DNA of 64,000 nucleotides from an uncultured delta proteobacterium (GTDB lineage Bacteria; Myxococcota_A; Polyangia; Polyangiales; Polyangiaceae): NCBI GenBank assembly GCA_963716725.1, contig CAVQUB010000003.1, positions 160,001 to 224,000 of the forward strand, read 5' to 3'. Shown piece by piece: positions 59,723 to 64,000 of this stretch (position 1 is its first letter; each line of letters starts with the position of its first letter). The notes under the pieces were generated by a model. It saw only the letters and a program-made list of their open reading frames with translations, ran no database searches and was not told where the DNA came from. The position numbers and the translations under genes were made by a program.

Positions 59723-60519
59723 ATGCCACCAGCTCGCATCGTCCTGTGGGTCGCTAGCGTCGCGGGCCTGGCCCTGCTCGCTCGCAGCCTGCTGATGGAC
59801 CCGCTGCCCATGTGGGTGGCGGTCAGCGCCTTCGTTGCCTACGCCGCGCTCTGTACCGTCGGCGTGCTGTGGCCTCAGCTCGAGATGTACGGCGACGTCG
59901 AGTGGCGCGCCGAGCCCGGTGCCAAGACCGTCGCGCTCACCTTCGACGACGGGCCCAACCCGAAGACCACCCGCAAAGTCCTTCAGATCTTGGCTCGCGG
60001 CGGCCATCGCGCGACCTTCTTCGTGGTCGGCAGAAAGGCCCTCGCCCACGCCGACGTGGTACGGGAGATCCAGGCCGCGGGTCACGAAATCGGCGTGCAC
60101 GGGCACCTGCACGATCGGCTTTATTCGTTGAAGCCTCCCAAGTACGTCGCGGAGGACATCGGCCGTGCACAGAACGCCGTGGAGCAGGCCGTGGGGTTGC
60201 GGCCAACGCTGTTTCGACCGCCGGTGGGCTACCTGAGCTCGCGCACCGCGGCGGGCGCCAAACACGCGGGCGTGCGGACCATTGCGTGGTCGGCCCGTGG
60301 ACTCGACGGGATCGGACCGACGGACGCCGAGAAGGTGTACGCGCGAATCGAGAAGGGGCTCACCGACGGCGCCATCGTGCTGATGCACGACGCTTCGGAG
60401 CACGACGACTTCGAGCCGGCGAGCGTCGAGGCCTTGCCGCGGATCTGGAGGAGCTCGACGACCGAGGTCTGCGCGCGGTCACGGTCTCCGAGTTGCTGGA
60501 CGGCGACAAGGCAGGGTAG
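59723..60519 (+). CDS. Polysaccharide deacetylase (NodB family), apparent 1-nt frameshift near 60445
   Basis: TFDDGP, HGHLH, FRPP and LMHD. The conserved tail LEELDDRGLRAVTVSELL lies in another frame ending at 60519. Confidence 0.85.
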
Positions 60520-60583
60520 CGCGGCGTCCAGACGCGCCAGGGCTCACGTCCGGACACAGTTGGCTCCGCAGAAGTAGCGCGGA

Positions 60584-63001
60584 TCAGGGCAGCGACGAGC
60601 CGTAGCTGACCAGGAACAAGTCGTGCACGTTGTTTCCTTGGAGCGGCGGCGCAAATCCGACGTTCGTGTTCTTGCCGTGCACACCGAAGGCCACCAGTCC
60701 GCCCTTCGGGCCATAGCCCAGGCCGACGATGCGCTCCTCGCCGACCCCCGAGATCGTGAGCGAGTCGAGGTGTTGTCCGGCCGGCGTGAACGCGGCGATG
60801 AAGGCGTCCATGGACCCGCCCCCGCCGACGGGCTCGCCGAAGCTCAGGGTGCTGCCGTCGGTGTAGCCGCCGAGCACGATGTTGCCGGAGGCGTCCAGCG
60901 CCAGCGCGCTGACCCCGTCGGCGCCGGCGCTCCCCGCGAGGGCGTGCCACAGGTAGCTCCCGTCGCTGCCCTTGTACTTGGCGACGAAGGCGTCCGATTG
61001 GCCCGCCCCGAGCACGGGGGTTCCGTCGCCGAAGTCGCAGCCGCCCGTAATGGCCGCGCCGCCCACCAAGACGTCGCCGTTCGCGTCGAGCACGAGCGCG
61101 ACGCCGCGGTCCGGTCCGTAGCTCGGGGAGGGGTTCGTGCAGCCCCAGCTCTTGCCCCACAGCGTCGCGCCGTTCGAGGCCGCCAGCCGCGCCACGAACA
61201 AGGCGTGGCCGCCCGGCTCGGTCAGCGCGGGACTGGTGATGTCGAGGCTCTCGCGGAAGTAGCCGGTGACGAACACGTCCCCCGCGGCATTCAGCGCGAC
61301 CGCCTGCCCAGCGTCGTTGGTGGTCGGGCTCGCGAAGACCTTCTGCCAGACGTTCGTCCCGTCGATGCGCGCGACGAGCACGTCGGTGTCCACACCGCTG
61401 GTGACCACGGCGCCGGTCACCGCCACGACCCCCGACGCGTTCACCGCGATGCTGCCGGGCTTCCAAGAGTCCAGGTTCACCCAAGTCGCCTTGCTGGGCA
61501 CGAGCAAGGTCTGTCCCAGGCAGGCGCCGTCCGCAGCGGCGAGCTTCAGCACCGCGAGGCCGTAGGACGCTGGGGTCACTGCCAGCGCCGGGCACGCCGC
61601 GCTGCCGAGGTCGAGACTCCCGGAGTAGGCGATCAAGGCGTACACGTTGCTCGCGGCGTCCATCGCCACTGCTATCGCTGCCTCGAACGCGCTGGACGGG
61701 CCGATGGTCCGCGCCCAGACCGCCGCGCCGGCGGAGTCGTGCACCGCTACGAACGCGTTGGCGTCCACCTTGGCGTCGAGCTTGCCGGTGCCGAGGTCCA
61801 GATCGGGACCATAGTGGTAGCCGGAGATCGCCGTTCGCCCGCTGCTGCCCATGGCGAACCCGAAGGGGGTCTCCCAGTTGCTGGTGGCAAAGTCCTTCGC
61901 CCAGCGCCCACACTTCTGACTGACGCACTGGCCCGTCGAGCAGTCGGCGCCGACGCTGCACCCTCCGCCGACAGCGCAGCCCTTGGAGCAGCTGCCGCCG
62001 CAGTCGACGGCGGTCTCGGTGCCGTTCTGCACGGCGTCGGTGCAGGTCGGCGCTTGGCATTTGTTCCCGAGACAAACGCCGCTGCTGCAATCGATAGCGC
62101 CCACGCACGCCTTCGTGTCAGCGCACTTCGGACAGTTCGAACCGCAGTCCTCGTCCGTCTCGGTGCCGTTCTTCACCTTGTCGTCGCACTCCGGGGCCTT
62201 GCATTTGCCGCCGGTGCACACGCCGCTGCCGCAGTCGCCCGCGACGGTACACGCCAGCCCGTCGGCGCACTTCGGGCAGGATGGGCCGCCGCAGTTCAGA
62301 TCCGTCTCCGTGCCGTTCTTGACCGTGTCCGTGCAGTTGGGCGCGGCGCAGGACTTGGGCGTGCCGATGCAGACCCCGCTCGTGCAGTCGCCCTCGACGG
62401 CGCAGGGATCGCCGTCTTTGCAGGTCTTGTTCTGAGAAGCGACGCAGGCTCCGCCGCAATCGGCGCCAGTCTCGGTGCCGTTCTTCGCGCCATCGCCGCA
62501 GGTTGGGACTTGGCACACGTTGGAGCCACACACCGCGCTCGTGCAGTCCGACCCCTGAGCGCAGGCCTTGCCGTCAGCGCATTTGGGGCAGGCAGGCCCA
62601 CCGCAGTCTTGAGACGTCTCTTGCCCGTTCGTCTGCCCGTCGGTGCAGTCCGGTGGGCTGCAGGTGAACTGGGCGCTGTCGCAGACCTTGCTGCCGCAGT
62701 CCGCGCCGCTCTTGCACCCCTTGCCGTTGTCGCAGGGCGCGCAGCCGCCCCCGCAGTCCGTGTCCGTCTCGTCGCCGTTCTCTTTCCCGTCCGCGCAGGT
62801 CGGCGTCGAAGCGTCCCCGCCGCTGCCGCCGGTCGTGCTGCCGCCGCTGCCGCCGGTCGTGCTGCCGCCGCTGCCGCCGCCGTCGGTCGTGCTGCCGCCG
62901 CTGCCACCGCCGCTACCGCTCACGTTGGTCGATTCGGAGGTACACGACGCGAGCAGCGCCCAGGCGATCGTCCCGAAGCCGAGCCAACGCCTGGTCATCA
63001 T
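60584..63001 (-). CDS. Large lipoprotein with Cys-rich repeats and a beta-propeller
   Basis: LASC lipobox, GGSGGSTT repeats, 6 x CxDxxxNGxETxxDCG, and propeller repeats (AVALNAAGDVFVTG, DAFVAKY). Confidence 0.85.
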   Translation of the reverse strand: MMTRRWLGFGTIAWALLASCTSESTNVSGSGGGSGGSTTDGGGSGGSTTGGSGGSTTGGSGGDASTPTCADGKENGDETDTDCGGGCAPCDNGKGCKSGADCGSKVCDSAQFTCSPPDCTDGQTNGQETSQDCGGPACPKCADGKACAQGSDCTSAVCGSNVCQVPTCGDGAKNGTETGADCGGACVASQNKTCKDGDPCAVEGDCTSGVCIGTPKSCAAPNCTDTVKNGTETDLNCGGPSCPKCADGLACTVAGDCGSGVCTGGKCKAPECDDKVKNGTETDEDCGSNCPKCADTKACVGAIDCSSGVCLGNKCQAPTCTDAVQNGTETAVDCGGSCSKGCAVGGGCSVGADCSTGQCVSQKCGRWAKDFATSNWETPFGFAMGSSGRTAISGYHYGPDLDLGTGKLDAKVDANAFVAVHDSAGAAVWARTIGPSSAFEAAIAVAMDAASNVYALIAYSGSLDLGSAACPALAVTPASYGLAVLKLAAADGACLGQTLLVPSKATWVNLDSWKPGSIAVNASGVVAVTGAVVTSGVDTDVLVARIDGTNVWQKVFASPTTNDAGQAVALNAAGDVFVTGYFRESLDITSPALTEPGGHALFVARLAASNGATLWGKSWGCTNPSPSYGPDRGVALVLDANGDVLVGGAAITGGCDFGDGTPVLGAGQSDAFVAKYKGSDGSYLWHALAGSAGADGVSALALDASGNIVLGGYTDGSTLSFGEPVGGGGSMDAFIAAFTPAGQHLDSLTISGVGEERIVGLGYGPKGGLVAFGVHGKNTNVGFAPPLQGNNVHDLFLVSYGSSLP

Positions 63002-63111
63002 AGATCCACGAGGCTAACAGACGATCCCAGCATCGTCGATGGAGCGCCAGGTACGCTGGAAGCGAGCGCGCAGGCCCCAGGATCGACCCCGGGGGGGGGC
63101 GGTCCCCGCTT

Positions 63112-64000
63112 TCACAGCGGCCGACGACTCGACTTCGCCACGTCGCCCTTGGGCAACTCGATCACGAAGCGCGCACCGACAGTCGTCGTCTCGTCGAGCA
63201 CGATGCTGCCGCCTGCGGCCTCGACCAGACCGCGACACACGGCGAGACCGAGGCCCGTGCCTTCGCCGACGTCCTTGGTAGTCACGAAGGGCTCGAACAG
63301 CTTCTCTCGCACCCCCGCCGCGACGCCGGGTCCAGTGTCCTCGACCTCGAGGCGTACGCCGCTCGGGATCGGCCGGGCGCGCACGGTGATCTTGCCACCC
63401 GCTCCGCAGGCGTCGGCCGCGTTCAGCACCAAATTCAAGACGACCTGCACCATGTGCTCGTGGCTCAAGCTCACCGTCGGCAGGTCGGGAAAGACGTCGA
63501 CGGCGAGCTCGACGTCGTGCATCGACTTCTGCGGCGCGACCAGCGCCACGGTGTCGTAGATCGAGGCTTCGACGTTGCCGGGGCTCAATTCCCCCTCATC
63601 GGGGGACTTTCCCGGTCGCGCAAACTGGAGCAGATCCCTCAAGATGCGGTGGATGCGCTCGCTCTCTTTGCGCATGCGCAGCAAGAAGTCGCGCTGCTCC
63701 TCCGGCTCGAGCCCGCCGTCGAGCAGGAGCTCCTGCATGCCGATCAGCGCGGCGATGGGGTTGCCGATCTCGTGGGCGAGCCCAGCCGCGAGACGTCCGA
63801 CCGAGGCCAGGCGCTCGGATCGCACGAGGCGATCTTGGGCCTCGCGCAGGCGCAGGGTAGCGCTCTCGACCTCGTCGATCTTCTTGCGTAGCGACTCTTC
63901 TTCGGCGAGCAGCTTGTCGGTCATGGTGCGCAGGTTCACGCCGAGCTCGGCCAGCTCCCGGGGACCGCGCGCCGACACCTCGAGGTGACGCGCCCCGCCA
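63112..64000 (-). CDS. Sensor histidine kinase (3' part)
   Basis: HAMP end, ERLASVGRLAAGLAHEIGNP, NLVLNA, DTGPG, FEPFVTTK and GTGLGL. Confidence 0.93.
   Translation of the reverse strand, partial: GGARHLEVSARGPRELAELGVNLRTMTDKLLAEEESLRKKIDEVESATLRLREAQDRLVRSERLASVGRLAAGLAHEIGNPIAALIGMQELLLDGGLEPEEQRDFLLRMRKESERIHRILRDLLQFARPGKSPDEGELSPGNVEASIYDTVALVAPQKSMHDVELAVDVFPDLPTVSLSHEHMVQVVLNLVLNAADACGAGGKITVRARPIPSGVRLEVEDTGPGVAAGVREKLFEPFVTTKDVGEGTGLGLAVCRGLVEAAGGSIVLDETTTVGARFVIELPKGDVAKSSRRPL

Noticed and set aside
56239..59811. 1190-aa minus-strand ORF
   Set aside because: Arg/Ala-rich off-frame shadow of the MBOAT and neighbouring genes, typical of high-GC DNA.
60623..63559. 978-aa plus-strand ORF
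   Set aside because: Antisense shadow of the Cys-rich lipoprotein and the kinase, with no motifs.

Overview
High-GC chromosomal window with a myxobacterial (Polyangiales-like) gene repertoire: eukaryote-like Ser/Thr kinases, PEGA, PilZ-like and Cys-rich lipoprotein genes. The taxonomy is inferred from gene content only. The left part holds a kinase / RluA / PEP-utilizer gene string, ftsE-ftsX-envC, a formyltransferase, an outer-membrane beta-barrel protein and a PBP. The centre holds a complete type I-E CRISPR-Cas locus (cas3-cas8e-cas11-cas7-cas5-cas6-cas1-cas2) with a 112-repeat array. The right part holds alkA/ogt, phoH, Uma2, an HD-GYP protein, vapBC, an internally deleted kup behind a c-di-AMP-riboswitch-like leader, a fused 2-oxoacid:ferredoxin oxidoreductase, an MBOAT and a deacetylase. 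Most notable: (1) two small nuclease cassettes (vapBC and Uma2) each sit between direct repeats that duplicate the stop-codon hairpin of the upstream host gene, with no recombinase nearby; (2) the first 14 CRISPR spacers have aberrant lengths, and the array holds duplicate and seed-variant spacer pairs; (3) an orphan T3SS-needle-like small protein; (4) a PEP-utilizer with a degenerate ATP-grasp domain; (5) several internally deleted or fragmentary genes.
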